Source of the DNA: Bdellovibrionales bacterium
GTDB taxonomy: Bacteria; Bdellovibrionota; Bdellovibrionia; Bdellovibrionales; UBA1609
Assembly: GCA_965203095.1 (NCBI GenBank)
Contig: OZ241877.1
Coordinates: 1,472,001 to 1,536,000 of the forward strand
Direction: 5' to 3'
Length of the DNA: 64,000 nucleotides
Part shown: positions 10,601 to 19,995 of the stretch, piece after piece
How the letters are laid out: each line of letters begins with the position of its first letter
Numbering within the stretch: the stretch's first letter is position 1
Notes under the pieces: model-generated
The model's input: the letters and a program-made list of their open reading frames with translations, nothing else
What the model was told of the DNA's origin: nothing
Databases searched by the model: none
Position numbers and translations under genes: made by a program

Positions 10601-11967
10601 CGATAATGAGTTTTTTGGATGATGGATACAAATATAAAGAAACTTATAGCCCCTGAAGGTGTAAGTGTGTGGCTGAGTGTTTCTGAAAGCAGGCCCGGAT
10701 TCCTGTCCGCCCCATAAAAATGAGGGTCGGTAAGGGACTCTCTGTAAATAGAAGCCCCTATAGCTGTTTGAAAGATAATAAACTGAGCAGGAAAGCTCTT
10801 TAAAAAAGCCATACTGAAAGGGTGGCTGGCTCTTTCTAAGTTCCTGTAGTGTTGATCGTCAAAAATTTGTTTAATTTCCCTCAAGGCTTTTAAAATTTTG
10901 TTGTCTTTCATATAGATAGGGCCTGTTCCGGAGCGAAATTCTAAAAGAAGATCTCCCACAGGATGGCTTTCGCGTCCTGAAAGAGATAGCTTAAGACCAT
11001 CTAAATAACCCCTTAAAAGGAAGTCATGGTGGGCCCGTTCCGGAAGACCTAAGGCAGAGAGTATTTTCCTCAAAAGGCGAATGTCTTTTCGCTCTTGTTT
11101 TTTAAAAGCTCTCAGCTCTTTTATCTCCTCTAAGCTCAAAGTCTCTTTATCATTTTGTTTTTGCAAAAGCTCTGTGTATCTTTTTTGTTGTTTGATGAAG
11201 AGGCTCCGGTTTTGATTGAAAAAGGAAAAATTGTGAAACAACTCAATGGCTCGTCTCTCCGCAGGGGAACTGTCTTCCGTTAGGTATCTCTCTCGAATAT
11301 TCTCTATAAAATCCTGAAGGGCCGTTTGCAAAAACTCTTGGTTTTTAAAGTTTTTATCTTCCCAAAAATCTTTTCCGCCTAAAGATTCAATGTAAAAGCT
11401 CTGTAGGATTCTTATATGGGTGGAGCTGTTCATTTTTTTTGGGATTTTTACCTCTTTAAAAAGCTCTCTTAAAGCCGATTCAGCCAGTTTTTTTGATTGT
11501 TTCACAGAGGCTGGTGGAAGAGATGAGTTTTGCAAAATAAGAATTTGGCGGATCAAGGTTTGAAAAAGATGAACCGCTTTTGTGGAATAGAGGGGCCTGT
11601 TCCCCTGACTTTCCCCTCGGCCATAGATGTCTTTAAACACTTCAGAGAAACTGTTGTCGTGGTTTTTAGTTCCGCCGGTTTCTGTCCAGTTGTCATGGCC
11701 AAAATCGTCATATTGCCTTCTTTTAACAGGATCTCTTAGCACACTGTAGGCTTCGTTGATTTTTGTTGTCATTTCGTGAGCCCCTGGCTCTTTATTGTGA
11801 TCAGGATGATATTTAAAAATCAGCCGGCGATGGGCTTTTTTAATTTCCTCTAAAGTGGCTTTTTTGTTCACTCCTAAAATTTCATAATAATTTTTAGGAT
11901 CTTTTTCAGTTAGGCCCTGGGGAGCGAACAAAATTCCTGAAAAAAGCAAAAAACAAATTTTAAACAA
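7672..11967 (-). CDS. large protein with N-terminal signal-like peptide and DnaJ J-domain
   Basis: TTG at 11967 after [26 protein letters not shown] then NYYEILGV...KYHPDHN...[14 protein letters not shown]; remainder unrecognised. The track start at 12132 lies inside a repeat element. Confidence 0.8.
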   Translation of the reverse strand: MFKICFLLFSGILFAPQGLTEKDPKNYYEILGVNKKATLEEIKKAHRRLIFKYHPDHNKEPGAHEMTTKINEAYSVLRDPVKRRQYDDFGHDNWTETGGTKNHDNSFSEVFKDIYGRGESQGNRPLYSTKAVHLFQTLIRQILILQNSSLPPASVKQSKKLAESALRELFKEVKIPKKMNSSTHIRILQSFYIESLGGKDFWEDKNFKNQEFLQTALQDFIENIRERYLTEDSSPAERRAIELFHNFSFFNQNRSLFIKQQKRYTELLQKQNDKETLSLEEIKELRAFKKQERKDIRLLRKILSALGLPERAHHDFLLRGYLDGLKLSLSGRESHPVGDLLLEFRSGTGPIYMKDNKILKALREIKQIFDDQHYRNLERASHPFSMAFLKSFPAQFIIFQTAIGASIYRESLTDPHFYGADRNPGLLSETLSHTLTPSGAISFFIFVSIIQKTHYRLYGLGRWMDGRALGPIHFNGKYSKSLAPGVALGTAFFIVTLFEELFQDKDLHQCIKELYSNKKSSIPLHIDPCESSYLQWTSSGKWKHYAVDIATLVGSGVLSHKILNYVLTAIRWTALGSNALIRVAKIIGLRASGYIGFFAHLFLFMELHKVLDEWIGQPIKEHLTAVGLKNDLMTYMHSLDQDSSEWLLPSEEGILNFVNKAKRIGHQFQQWIQVKGQSHIQSAYLWTRQLNQLFLPYEGSIQLLTDLFTLSHFNYGIETDMQSLWPWDPESKADREMKPWDELNRPASFSLSQLISKPALFKEKYCPQVKKNLIIYSDFCQNENFYILQEFNHQLIYETARLIDKNWIEISLRRGQAPSKNFMLYVGKDLDEVFSPDPNYSIQNLSDMERFQIAKSLIKAGLNEDSLSYWTKEEILKFKTDYCSSSFPDHKNNEDQALLFNHCFEPTPSEIEELCTFHYPQQSEEYQSCLHFFDSEQQLQQISTIKLLSTGIYLLKSLSNGPQTVPLPTLKEPFVPEMISTHHSLEENEDKLFMQTALQPILPLIALIETHKKGEAYFLSPKKALDANKAYLDSDEINGLQEHLNLSSNYYLFFRNLLCGGPHSASFVTPKFFPLSEMSIYNFTSHQFEALSEFCESSSNESYLVEESQEEFHNILFHRPVKKQRKSYENLYLAIEDFLKTNYSSVKQLLSHFKKLSQDQIQNTGHKLANSLELLTNNYYKNIINKDNPLNLNSSLSDFGSYYSWNRIFFDLSSFSGEVSGLEIALFQMNYWLNVLKTILPLGDNPLPLGLEGLNGQVEVSSGKTLNQISFYDWEGFDLAGFEKMQWEVLSLLQSYHNSFKEDKKSYFYSLDESLLKELDRGYQEEGKEFLKNQFGENGDRFLILKNQSSGLPVLMPPDAILSYVLSHSIPSWDHYGAISFLENNLTMFDKNEQPWPYLIYSIVFELNQSLTSFFHQVQPLLMKSSLEKKL

Positions 11968-12003
11968 AGCGATTCCTTTTTGTTTGTTGAAAAAAACTTT
12001 AAT

Positions 12004-12141
12004 TAATCCTCCGTGAAAAACATCTGTCCCTTTATCGCATAAGCAAAAGTCAGCGGTGAGGGGCCGAGGTATTTTTACCGCGAACAAGCTGGATTTTTGC
12101 TTATGCGATCCATTAAATGTAGCCTTTTTCACAGGCGACTA
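12004..12141. mobile_element. MITE-like palindromic element (family A, copy 1)
   Basis: Ends TAATCCTCCGTGAAAAA / TTTTTCACAGGCGACTA; inner stem ATCGCATAAGCAAAA / TTTTGCTTATGCGAT; core shared with copies at 38.1, 52.1, 54.2 and 54.4 kb. Confidence 0.7.
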
Positions 12142-12334
12142 ATTTAAAGTGCTTATATGAAAGCTTATGATTTTTGAAAGCAATCATAATGAGGCTGTTA
12201 TAAATTAAGGGATTTTGTCTTTTTTTTCAATAAAGACGGGGTATTAAAGAGCTGTTAAGGAATGGATTTTACAAAAGCTTAAAAAAACTGTTTAAAAAAT
12301 AAACAGGTTAAATAAAAATATTTCAAAAAAACAC

Positions 12335-12363
12335 TTGACTTTTAGTGGCCACCGGCCAATAAT
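12335..12363 (+). promoter_or_regulatory. sigma-70-like promoter upstream of tRNA-His
   Basis: TTGACT-N17-AATAAT with an AT-rich upstream tract. Confidence 0.55.
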
Positions 12364-12420
12364 AGCTATGAATTATCTACTAATTGGTAGGTAAAACTTC
12401 TTTTGTTTGGTTTATTCATT

Positions 12421-12450
12421 CAGCCCGATCCTTCCGGGCTGTTTGTTTAT
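12421..12450 (+). terminator. terminator-like hairpin between the promoter and tRNA-His
   Basis: CAGCCCG-atccttc-CGGGCTG followed by TTTGTTTAT. Confidence 0.4.
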
Positions 12451-12490
12451 GCGATCTATTAAGGTGGTTTTTTTATGTAAAGAAGACGAC

Positions 12491-12567
12491 GGCGGTCGTA
12501 GCTTAGTTGGTAGAGCGCCAGATTGTGGTTCTGGATGTCGCGGGTTCAAGTCCCGTCGATCGCCCCA
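12491..12567 (+). tRNA. tRNA-His (GTG)
   Basis: G-1, acceptor GCGGTCG/CGATCGC, C73, encoded CCA, anticodon arm CCAGA-TTGTGGT-TCTGG, GTTCAAG T-loop. Confidence 0.95.
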
Positions 12568-12581
12568 TTTTTTCAAGTTTA

Positions 12582-12849
12582 TCAAAAAGTTTTTGGCTTA
12601 AAATGGGCCTTGTTGATTAAACTGGCACTATCTCCCACAGCTTTTATTACAAATAAGCCCTTTTCCTCCGATAAAACATGAGCTTTGCCTTCACTTTTTA
12701 AATAAGCTACAGCTCCATATAGAGATCTGTCCTTATATTCTGGGAAATAAGTCTTAAAAATGTCATGAACCTAAGTTTTTTTGTGTTTCTCGGACAAGCT
12801 TCCATACTTTCTCTAAAGAGGGAACAGTGGATTTATTGCTCTTTTTTAT
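12582..12849 (-). pseudogene. internally deleted remnant of a DUF3782-like / PD-(D/E)XK-like coiled-coil gene
   Basis: N-terminal piece IKKSNKSTVPSLEKVWKLVRETQKNL (12849-12772) joined out of frame to C-terminal piece VHDIFKTYFPEYKDRSLYGAVAYLKSEGKAHVLSEEKGLFVIKAVGDSASLINKAHFKPKTF* (12770-12582); family recognised from memory. Confidence 0.7.
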
Positions 12850-12900
12850 GAGATTATCGGCAGGATTCAAAATATTTTTTTAAAAATAGGGTTTTAAGCT

Positions 12901-12927
12901 TAAGTTTGTCTTCATAATAGACGATAA
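12901..12927 (+). promoter_or_regulatory. sigma-28 (FliA)-like promoter
   Basis: TAAG-N15-GACGATAA upstream of the 13045 gene. Confidence 0.45.
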
Positions 12928-13044
12928 ATTTTTTGGATGATGTTTTTTTGCTGTGGTAGGCCATTGCCTAAAAAAAGTGGTTTTAGTGGCCTTATTTTTT
13001 AAGAGTAAAGGATCAAAAATAAATTTTTAAGGATCAATGTTATA

Positions 13045-13563
13045 ATGAAAGAAGAAAAGACCAATCCCTCCTTCCCCATTCCTAAGGAAAAGCCCAAAAG
13101 CATTATAGAAGATTTTTTGTCGCATGCACGGCAACTGTCCCTCCTCAAAAAAGATTCCGCAGAGAAGATCACCCTCCTTCAAAACCATGACAAAAAAACT
13201 CTTTCATTTTACGAATCAGATATTGACAAAATTTTAGATAGAAAAGACGGCAAAGGAGAGGCTTTTTTGCAAGTGAATTTTAAAAATGGCAAAAAAATTC
13301 TTTTAACTAATGAGTTTATTGGCTTTTCTCCTGTTGAATGTGGGGAGATCCCCAAAGGCAAGCTACCAAAGGTGGTCACTACAGCTGATCTTTTAAGTGT
13401 GATAGAGGCTATTGAAAGCTCTCTTTATGGGACAGATCAGTATCAAGAGAGCTTACAAGATGTTCAGCTTTTTTTTGAAGCCATAGCCAGTGGGGCTGAG
13501 GCCATTGGTTTTAGCCTAACGGGGGAGCGGCTTTGGGTAGAAAGGCTTTTCCCTAAAACCTAA
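13045..13563 (+). CDS. hypothetical protein
   Basis: 172-aa ORF; FLQVNF..GKKILLT..FIGF, LPKVVTTADL look like conserved blocks. Confidence 0.75.
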   Translation: MKEEKTNPSFPIPKEKPKSIIEDFLSHARQLSLLKKDSAEKITLLQNHDKKTLSFYESDIDKILDRKDGKGEAFLQVNFKNGKKILLTNEFIGFSPVECGEIPKGKLPKVVTTADLLSVIEAIESSLYGTDQYQESLQDVQLFFEAIASGAEAIGFSLTGERLWVERLFPKT

Positions 13564-13567
13564 CATT

Positions 13568-13807
13568 GTGAAATCGATACCTATCATTGATCTCCATGGA
13601 CGAGAGGAAGACGAGGTTTTTGATCTCTTAGATCGCTTTATCCGTCATAATAAAAATCAGAAAAGAATCAAAATCATCACAGGCAAAGGTCAAGGTGTTA
13701 TTCAAAAAAAAACTCTGGAATATTTAAAAATGGCCCATTGCACTTGGAAATACGAAAATGCCATAGGAGTAATTAACAAAGGGGCTATTCTTGTAGATAT
13801 TTTATAA
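13568..13807 (+). CDS. stand-alone Smr domain protein
   Basis: IDLHG, IITGKG, N.GA motifs. Confidence 0.9.
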   Translation: MKSIPIIDLHGREEDEVFDLLDRFIRHNKNQKRIKIITGKGQGVIQKKTLEYLKMAHCTWKYENAIGVINKGAILVDIL

Positions 13808-13949
13808 AACTGAGCTTGATTTTTATTTAGACATAATCTACTTTACAACCTGCCGGAAAAGTTATTTAAATAAAAAGCCAATCCATCTATGGGTTTCCTC
13901 TCAGAGAGCTGATTAGGAAAAAGCCCAGAGGGAAAGAGATGAGCACATA

Positions 13950-14519
13950 ATGAATAAAAAAGCCAGTCCCATTTTTCAAATGGAAAAAATTTTTTGGATC
14001 GATATGGAAATGACAGGTTTATCCCCTGAAACGGATGTCATTATTGAGGTGGCCTGCATTATCACAGACAAAAACTTAAAGGAGTTGGAAAGCTATAGCA
14101 ATGTAGTCAAACAGGATCCCAAGCATCTATTGGCTATGGATAAATGGAATCAAAAATGCCATCGGAAATCTGGACTTTATGAATTGGTGCCAAAGGGAAA
14201 GCTTTTGCGAGTAGTGGAGGAGGATCTTTTAAGTTTGCTGGAATCCCATTTTCGAATAGAGGAAAAAGCGGTGCCTGCTGGAAATTGCATCTATCAAGAT
14301 CGGAACTTTATCCGAAAACACATGCCTCAGTTAGACAAAAAGCTTTATTACCGCATGTTGGATGTGACCGCATGGAAGCTCTTTTTTGAAAGGGAAGGTT
14401 TTGTGTTTGAAAAATCCAACCAGCACCGTGCTTTAGAGGACATAAGGGAAAGCATCAAAGAATTTCAATATTACCTCAATAGCTTTTCCCTCAAAAATTC
14501 CCCCTTAAAACAACCATGA
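13950..14519 (+). CDS. orn: oligoribonuclease
   Basis: WIDMEMTGL, GN.IYQDR.F, YRMLDV, HRALEDIRESI. Confidence 0.95.
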   Translation: MNKKASPIFQMEKIFWIDMEMTGLSPETDVIIEVACIITDKNLKELESYSNVVKQDPKHLLAMDKWNQKCHRKSGLYELVPKGKLLRVVEEDLLSLLESHFRIEEKAVPAGNCIYQDRNFIRKHMPQLDKKLYYRMLDVTAWKLFFEREGFVFEKSNQHRALEDIRESIKEFQYYLNSFSLKNSPLKQP

Positions 14520-14621
14520 ACCTAAAATATTTTAGTCAAAAAAAGGATAAAAGTCCTATTATTTGGGCTTTTTATAAAATGGATTTTATTTTAACCTTTC
14601 TTTATTTATAATTCAGGAAGT

Positions 14622-15338
14622 ATGGCTAAAGGCTATAGTGCAACTCATGTGGGCCACAAAAGGGCCAATAATCAGGATTCCCTTTTAGTGGATGAAGAGC
14701 TATCTCTTTATGCGGTGGCTGACGGTATGGGTGGTCATAGTGGGGGCGAGGTGGCTTCGGCTCTGGCTATTGAAAGCCTTCAAAAATTCTTAAAAGAGGC
14801 TGTCCAAAAAGATGACTTTATGCCAGAAAATTATTTAACAGAGGCTTTTCAAGAGGCCAATTCCCATGTTTTCAACAAAAGTCAGGAAAATAATAAAGAG
14901 CTTATCGGTATGGGGACCACCTTAGTTGTCTGTATGATATGGAAAAATAAGGCTTTTTTTGGAAATGTGGGAGATTCCAGAGCTTATCTGTTTAGGCAGT
15001 CCTACCTTTGGAGAATCACAGAGGATCACTCTGTGCTCAACAACCAGCTAAAAAGAGGGCTAATCGATCAGGAACAAATGCCTTTTTTAGTCAATTCCAA
15101 TGTGATTACGCGAAGTATTGGTTTTTTTCCTGATATTCAGGCCGATATTTTCCAAAAAGAATTGCAGGTGGGAGATATGTTTTTGCTTTGTTCTGACGGA
15201 CTTAATGAAATTTCCGATCAGGAAATCTGCGATCTGGCCAAAAAATACTCTCCAGAGGTTTTGCCCCAAAGATGTCTTGATAAAGTGCTTGACGGCAAAG
15301 GCTTAGATAATATATCCGTAGTGGTGATTGATCCTTAA
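14622..15338 (+). CDS. PP2C-family Ser/Thr phosphatase
   Basis: R.NNQD, VADGMGGH, MGTT, NVGDSRAY, LCSDGL, DNIS. Confidence 0.95.
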   Translation: MAKGYSATHVGHKRANNQDSLLVDEELSLYAVADGMGGHSGGEVASALAIESLQKFLKEAVQKDDFMPENYLTEAFQEANSHVFNKSQENNKELIGMGTTLVVCMIWKNKAFFGNVGDSRAYLFRQSYLWRITEDHSVLNNQLKRGLIDQEQMPFLVNSNVITRSIGFFPDIQADIFQKELQVGDMFLLCSDGLNEISDQEICDLAKKYSPEVLPQRCLDKVLDGKGLDNISVVVIDP

Positions 15339-15354
15339 TAAAAGCGAGATCATT

Positions 15355-16350
15355 ATGAAAAGAAAGGCATATTGGACATTTATAATTGCTAAAGGCCATT
15401 CCTCCCAGTTGAGGAAAATCACTGTGGGGCAAAATCATATCCGTTGGGCCTTAGGGTTTTTATGCATCGTGTTAGGTTTGATGGTTCTTTTTCTTACAGA
15501 TTATGCCTCTCTTTATGTGGATAAATGGGAGCTGGCCCGTTTAAAAAAAGACAATAGAGCTTGGGAGCAAAAATGGACTCAGGCCAGCAGGCAACTCGAA
15601 GATTTGGAGAAAAAAGTCCATCAGATCAGTGATTTTTCTAAAAAAATTCAACTCATTACCAGTGGGCCTTTAGAGCCGAAGGAAGGGCATAAAGGTTTTG
15701 GGAAGGTTCATTTTAGCCCGGAACTTATGGCTCTTTCCAGCCATAAGTTCAATACCGCACATGATTTAGAAACAGAAAAACAAGAAGAAAGCCCCTATAG
15801 GGTATTGTCTTCCTCTTCATCTCAAGATCTGGAAATGCGGATAGAGGATTTGAAGGGCAAAAGTGAGTGGGTTAAGCAGTCCTCTTGGGCCCTTTACACC
15901 GATCTGTTGGAAAAACAGGATGTTTTTAACAACACCCCTAATATTTTGCCAGTCAAAGGTTGGATATCCTCTCCTTTTGGCTACAGGAATGAGACCATAT
16001 ATGCCGATCATGAGCCTTATTTTCACCATGGAATGGATATTGCCGCTACAGAGGGCAGTCCGGTAGTGGCCACTGCTGATGGAAAAGTCTCTTATACCGG
16101 ATATGACGAGTATGGTTATGGCAATCTCATTGTGATTGACCATGGTTATGGGCTAAAAACCTATTATGCCCATCTTGCAGAGATCAAAACCCACCTTGGC
16201 CAGGCTGTTGAGCGAGGGGATGTAATTGGTGCTGTAGGGAATACGGGGAAAAGCACTGGTGCTCACTTGCACTATGAGATTCGCTTTAATGGGACGGCAC
16301 TCAATCCGGAAAATTATATCTTGACTCAAAATGATCTTTTCATTTACTAA
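15355..16350 (+). CDS. M23 family peptidase with N-terminal TM and coiled coil
   Basis: HHGMD, YAHL, GNTGKSTGAHLHYE. Confidence 0.93.
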   Translation: MKRKAYWTFIIAKGHSSQLRKITVGQNHIRWALGFLCIVLGLMVLFLTDYASLYVDKWELARLKKDNRAWEQKWTQASRQLEDLEKKVHQISDFSKKIQLITSGPLEPKEGHKGFGKVHFSPELMALSSHKFNTAHDLETEKQEESPYRVLSSSSSQDLEMRIEDLKGKSEWVKQSSWALYTDLLEKQDVFNNTPNILPVKGWISSPFGYRNETIYADHEPYFHHGMDIAATEGSPVVATADGKVSYTGYDEYGYGNLIVIDHGYGLKTYYAHLAEIKTHLGQAVERGDVIGAVGNTGKSTGAHLHYEIRFNGTALNPENYILTQNDLFIY

Positions 16351-16356
16351 GTTTTT

Positions 16357-17223
16357 TTATAGGGAAAAGGGCCTGAAAAAAGCCACAAAGCCCTCGGCCC
16401 ACTCTTTCAAAAAAATATAAAGCAAGGCAGAAAAGGCCAAATAGGGGCCAAAAGGAAAGGGGCTTTGCAAAACTTTTTTATTTTTGTGCAGGAGCAGTCC
16501 TACATTTATCAAACTGCCCACAAAGCAAGCCATCAATATTACAAAAGGCAGAGGGGACCAAGTTAAAACAGCACCAATCCAGGCCATCATTTTTATATCT
16601 CCTCCTCCTAATCCCTCCTTTTTTCTCAACCAATAATAGATGTAGGCAATTACAAATAAAAAACCTCCACCAAAAACAACTCCTAAAAAAGAATCTAAAA
16701 ATAAACGATCGGGGTTGAGCCATGCCCCTACAAGACCAAATACTATGCCAGACAAGGTGAGGGAATCGGGCAAAATCATTTGATCCCCATCAATAAAGCT
16801 GGCCACAGTTAAAGCAAAGGCAAAAACAAGGGCCTCCAATAAAAACCAGTTCCAGCCTATAGCTAAAAACAAGGCAGAAAAAAGCCCTGCCATTAAAAAC
16901 TCCACCACAGGGTAGCGAAAAGAAAAGCTCTTCCCGCAGTTTCTACAAGTTCCTTTCAAAATGAACCAGGAAAGAATGGGGATATTTAAATAAAAAGGAA
17001 TGGCATAAAAACATTGAGGGCAGTGGCTTTTTTTAAAAAGATTTAAAGGCTCTGGCCTTTGCATTCTATAAATTAGAACATTGGCAAAACTCCCCATACA
17101 GGAGCCATATATAAAAAACGTAACCACCATAAACCACTGGGGGGTGAGCAAAATGCCTTCAAACAAGAATAGCTCCTTTTTTACAGGGCCACAAAAGGGA
17201 ACCCAGAAAAACAAGACGGACAA
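16357..17223 (-). CDS. pilD: prepilin peptidase / N-methyltransferase (A24)
   Basis: GSFANVLIYR, SHCPQC and CRNC, FID...ILPD, GGGDIK, PFGPY; true start may be later. Confidence 0.93.
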   Translation of the reverse strand: MSVLFFWVPFCGPVKKELFLFEGILLTPQWFMVVTFFIYGSCMGSFANVLIYRMQRPEPLNLFKKSHCPQCFYAIPFYLNIPILSWFILKGTCRNCGKSFSFRYPVVEFLMAGLFSALFLAIGWNWFLLEALVFAFALTVASFIDGDQMILPDSLTLSGIVFGLVGAWLNPDRLFLDSFLGVVFGGGFLFVIAYIYYWLRKKEGLGGGDIKMMAWIGAVLTWSPLPFVILMACFVGSLINVGLLLHKNKKVLQSPFPFGPYLAFSALLYIFLKEWAEGFVAFFRPFSL

Positions 17224-17290
17224 AAAATATTTTTTCTATTCATTTCAACATGTCAGCTCATATCAAACATAGCTTAAAGTGTCATGGAAA

Positions 17291-18877
17291 TTATTTAATA
17301 CATTGATGATCGGCACAGAATTGTTGGATCCTTTGGCTGGCCAGATGAAAAATACTGCCCTCATTTGATGTTTCTTCCTCTTCATCGGGGAAGTCTTCGG
17401 TATCTGAAAAAGCCATATCTTGAGGCTCTCCATCCCCTTCAGCTGAGTCCCGATCGTAAGAGGGAGAGTCAGATGAACTTCCTCCTGGGGCACCGGGGAA
17501 AAAATCACCTCCTGAAAAAGAACCAGTGATATCTCCACTCCCTCTGGAATAAGGATAATCATAATCTGAATCCTCAGATGGGAGGCTGGGGCCTCCTCCA
17601 CTGGGGAGACCTCCTCCTGGCCCTCCGCCAGGTCCATTATTGCTACCGGTGCTGGCCGCCCAACGAGGAGGATTATTATTCAGTTTGGGTTTATTGGGAT
17701 CATCAGGAAGATCATCAGTATCAATTACTCCTAAAGGACCATCATCAGGAGGTAGTAGTAAAAGATTGGGCTTTTTTGTCGACCCTAGAGTACTTCGGCC
17801 AGTAGCAAAACCAGCAGTAGTATCGGGGCCAGGGATAGTAGGATTAGGTAGGGGTGGAGGATTTTTGGGCAACTGATCCACAATGGGTTCACAAAGTTTA
17901 AGTGCGGGGTTGGAGACGGGGGGGCCTGGGCCCGTTCTTGTAGAGGCTGTCCTGCCCACTTGTTTAGAGCAGGCGACCACTTCGCTTTCATCCGACCTAC
18001 TGGAGAGATCCAGTTTTTGATCCTTTATAGCTGAGGAGTTGGCATAAGCCTTTGTCAATAAAAGAATATGCTCCACAACATGGTGGGAATTGTTTATGTT
18101 TTGTTTATCAACATTAACAATAGAACCGTCATCTTGTAAATGACAGGTATAAGGTTCTGTTGATTTAGTATCTGTCAATTTAATATCTATCTCTATATCA
18201 TCTATTTCCTTCTGACTTGCACATTCTTTTGCAAAAGTGATGATCCGGCCCAAACCGGTTTTGTTTGGGTTATATTTTTCAGGGATAGCCCTGTTAAAAC
18301 AGTTGAAAAAATCCTTTTCAAAACGGTTGATGTAGTCATTACATTCCTCTTTGCAATCATCGATATCATCCCCACAAGAGCTTTCTACTAAAGGAGTCAG
18401 TTGTGAGAGCAAACTTCCCAAATAGCCCCCCATAGCTGTTTTATTGTGAATATCGCAAGTTTTGGCCCTGGCCTCCTCATGAGTCAACTCACCAGAACCC
18501 AGCTTATCGCTGGTTTTATAGCCCTTATAGGCACTGTAAAGGGAGGGGAGAACTGGGGTTGCATGTTTAAAAATATCTAAAATCAAACCCGAACAGGACT
18601 TAGGGTTAGAGCAACATTCCGCGGCATCTGCTTTGCTTTCTTGACAGTCTGTTTTTATGGACAAATAAAGTTCTTCTTGATCAGTATCAACCATTTTTTT
18701 GCCCTTAGGCCGGAGGTATTTTTTCACTAAATAATTCATACAACCTTTTTGAGGGTTCAGGGTTATTTTTTTTGTCTGTCCATTCATCGGTAGATAAAAA
18801 AAACATGAACCAAATATCAACAGGATTTTAGGCCGAAAAACATATTTGAAAGCTGTTTGAAAAGTTTTTAAAAACAT
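17291..18877 (-). CDS. secreted Cys-rich protein with Pro/Gly/Asp-rich C-terminal half
   Basis: Signal-like N-terminus, about 17 Cys, low-complexity tail. Confidence 0.8.
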   Translation of the reverse strand: MFLKTFQTAFKYVFRPKILLIFGSCFFYLPMNGQTKKITLNPQKGCMNYLVKKYLRPKGKKMVDTDQEELYLSIKTDCQESKADAAECCSNPKSCSGLILDIFKHATPVLPSLYSAYKGYKTSDKLGSGELTHEEARAKTCDIHNKTAMGGYLGSLLSQLTPLVESSCGDDIDDCKEECNDYINRFEKDFFNCFNRAIPEKYNPNKTGLGRIITFAKECASQKEIDDIEIDIKLTDTKSTEPYTCHLQDDGSIVNVDKQNINNSHHVVEHILLLTKAYANSSAIKDQKLDLSSRSDESEVVACSKQVGRTASTRTGPGPPVSNPALKLCEPIVDQLPKNPPPLPNPTIPGPDTTAGFATGRSTLGSTKKPNLLLLPPDDGPLGVIDTDDLPDDPNKPKLNNNPPRWAASTGSNNGPGGGPGGGLPSGGGPSLPSEDSDYDYPYSRGSGDITGSFSGGDFFPGAPGGSSSDSPSYDRDSAEGDGEPQDMAFSDTEDFPDEEEETSNEGSIFHLASQRIQQFCADHQCIK

Positions 18878-18897
18878 GAAAACTCCACTTTAAAACA

Positions 18898-18924
18898 GTA
18901 TCGGCAAAAGATCCTGATTTCTTA
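18898..18924 (-). promoter_or_regulatory. sigma-28 (FliA)-like promoter
   Basis: TAAG-N15-GCCGATAC ending 20 nt upstream of the ATG at 18877. Confidence 0.65.
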
Positions 18925-19047
18925 AGCAAATTTTTAAAAAATATTCACTTGTTTTCAGGGAGCTTAAGGGCTTGACTCGGCCCATTCTTTTTCATTATGT
19001 TCTTTATTGTTGTTTACTCATAATGGAATAATGGAAAAATCTAAAAA

Positions 19048-19995
19048 ATGACAAAAGCCGTTCAAAATATTCTTAAAAATTATGCTGGGGATAACCCTGG
19101 CGTGCTATCCCATCTTTACAGAATATTGAGCCATGGCCAACTGGGCGGGACAGGCAAATTACTGATTCTCCCAGTGGATCAAGGTTTTGAGCATGGCCCA
19201 GCCAACAGTTTTGCAAAAAACCCATCGGCTTATGATCCGGCTTATCACTTCCAGCTGGCCTGTTCAGCCGGCTTAAGTGCTTATTCGGCCCCCTTTGGTT
19301 TTTTAGACAGTTGTGCGAGGGAGTTTGCAGGTCAAATTCCTCTCATACTGAAGGCCAACAGCTCGGACAGCCTATTTAAAGACCAGAAAAAGCCTTTACC
19401 AGCCATCACCTCTGGCGTGGAGGAGGCTCTCAGGCTGGGTTGTTCAGCTATAGGCTGGACCATTTATCCGGGCAGTGGGGATAGAAACTCCATGTATGAA
19501 GACGCCTTTCGCTTAGGGCGATCTGCCAGAAAGGCGGGCCTGCCTCTTGTGATTTGGGCCTATCCCAGAGGGGGGGATCTTTCTAAAAAAGGAGAAACCG
19601 CTTTAGATGTTGTGGCCTATTCCGCTCATATTGCCTGTCAGTTAGGTGCTCATATTATAAAGGTCAAACCCCCAGAGGATTTTTTTGAAAAATGGGAAAG
19701 TGCTTATAAAAGCAGTAAAACTCCCTCTGCCCAATTGAGTGAGAGGGTATCCCATGTCATACAGTCCGCTTTTAACGGCCGGCGAATTGTGATTTTTAGC
19801 GGAGGGCCAGCTAAGGAGGAAAAATCCCTTTTAAGCGAGATCAATGCCATGGCTCAAGGAGGGGCCTTTGGGAGTATTGTGGGGAGAAATGTATTTCAAA
19901 GGCCAAAAACTCAGGCCTTAAGCCTGTTGAGGAAAATTATGGATATTTATAAAAAATCCCCTTCCGTTTTGCCATTAAAAAATCCCAGCTCATGA
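19048..19995 (+). CDS. fbaB: class I fructose-bisphosphate aldolase (DhnA type)
   Basis: ILPVDQGFEHGP, WAYPRG, LGAHIIKVK, GSIVGRN. Confidence 0.92.
   Translation: MTKAVQNILKNYAGDNPGVLSHLYRILSHGQLGGTGKLLILPVDQGFEHGPANSFAKNPSAYDPAYHFQLACSAGLSAYSAPFGFLDSCAREFAGQIPLILKANSSDSLFKDQKKPLPAITSGVEEALRLGCSAIGWTIYPGSGDRNSMYEDAFRLGRSARKAGLPLVIWAYPRGGDLSKKGETALDVVAYSAHIACQLGAHIIKVKPPEDFFEKWESAYKSSKTPSAQLSERVSHVIQSAFNGRRIVIFSGGPAKEEKSLLSEINAMAQGGAFGSIVGRNVFQRPKTQALSLLRKIMDIYKKSPSVLPLKNPSS

Noticed and set aside
3091..12567. Genomic island between the two tRNAs
   Set aside because: No integrase, no duplicated tRNA 3' end, and ordinary gene content.
12407..12601. 64-aa ORF
   Set aside because: Spans tRNA-His on the same strand; shadow ORF.
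12600..12720. Possible c-di-GMP riboswitch (GGCAAA on minus strand behind a sigma-28-like box)
   Set aside because: Required stems and tetraloop receptor are absent; the region is better explained as a protein-coding relic.
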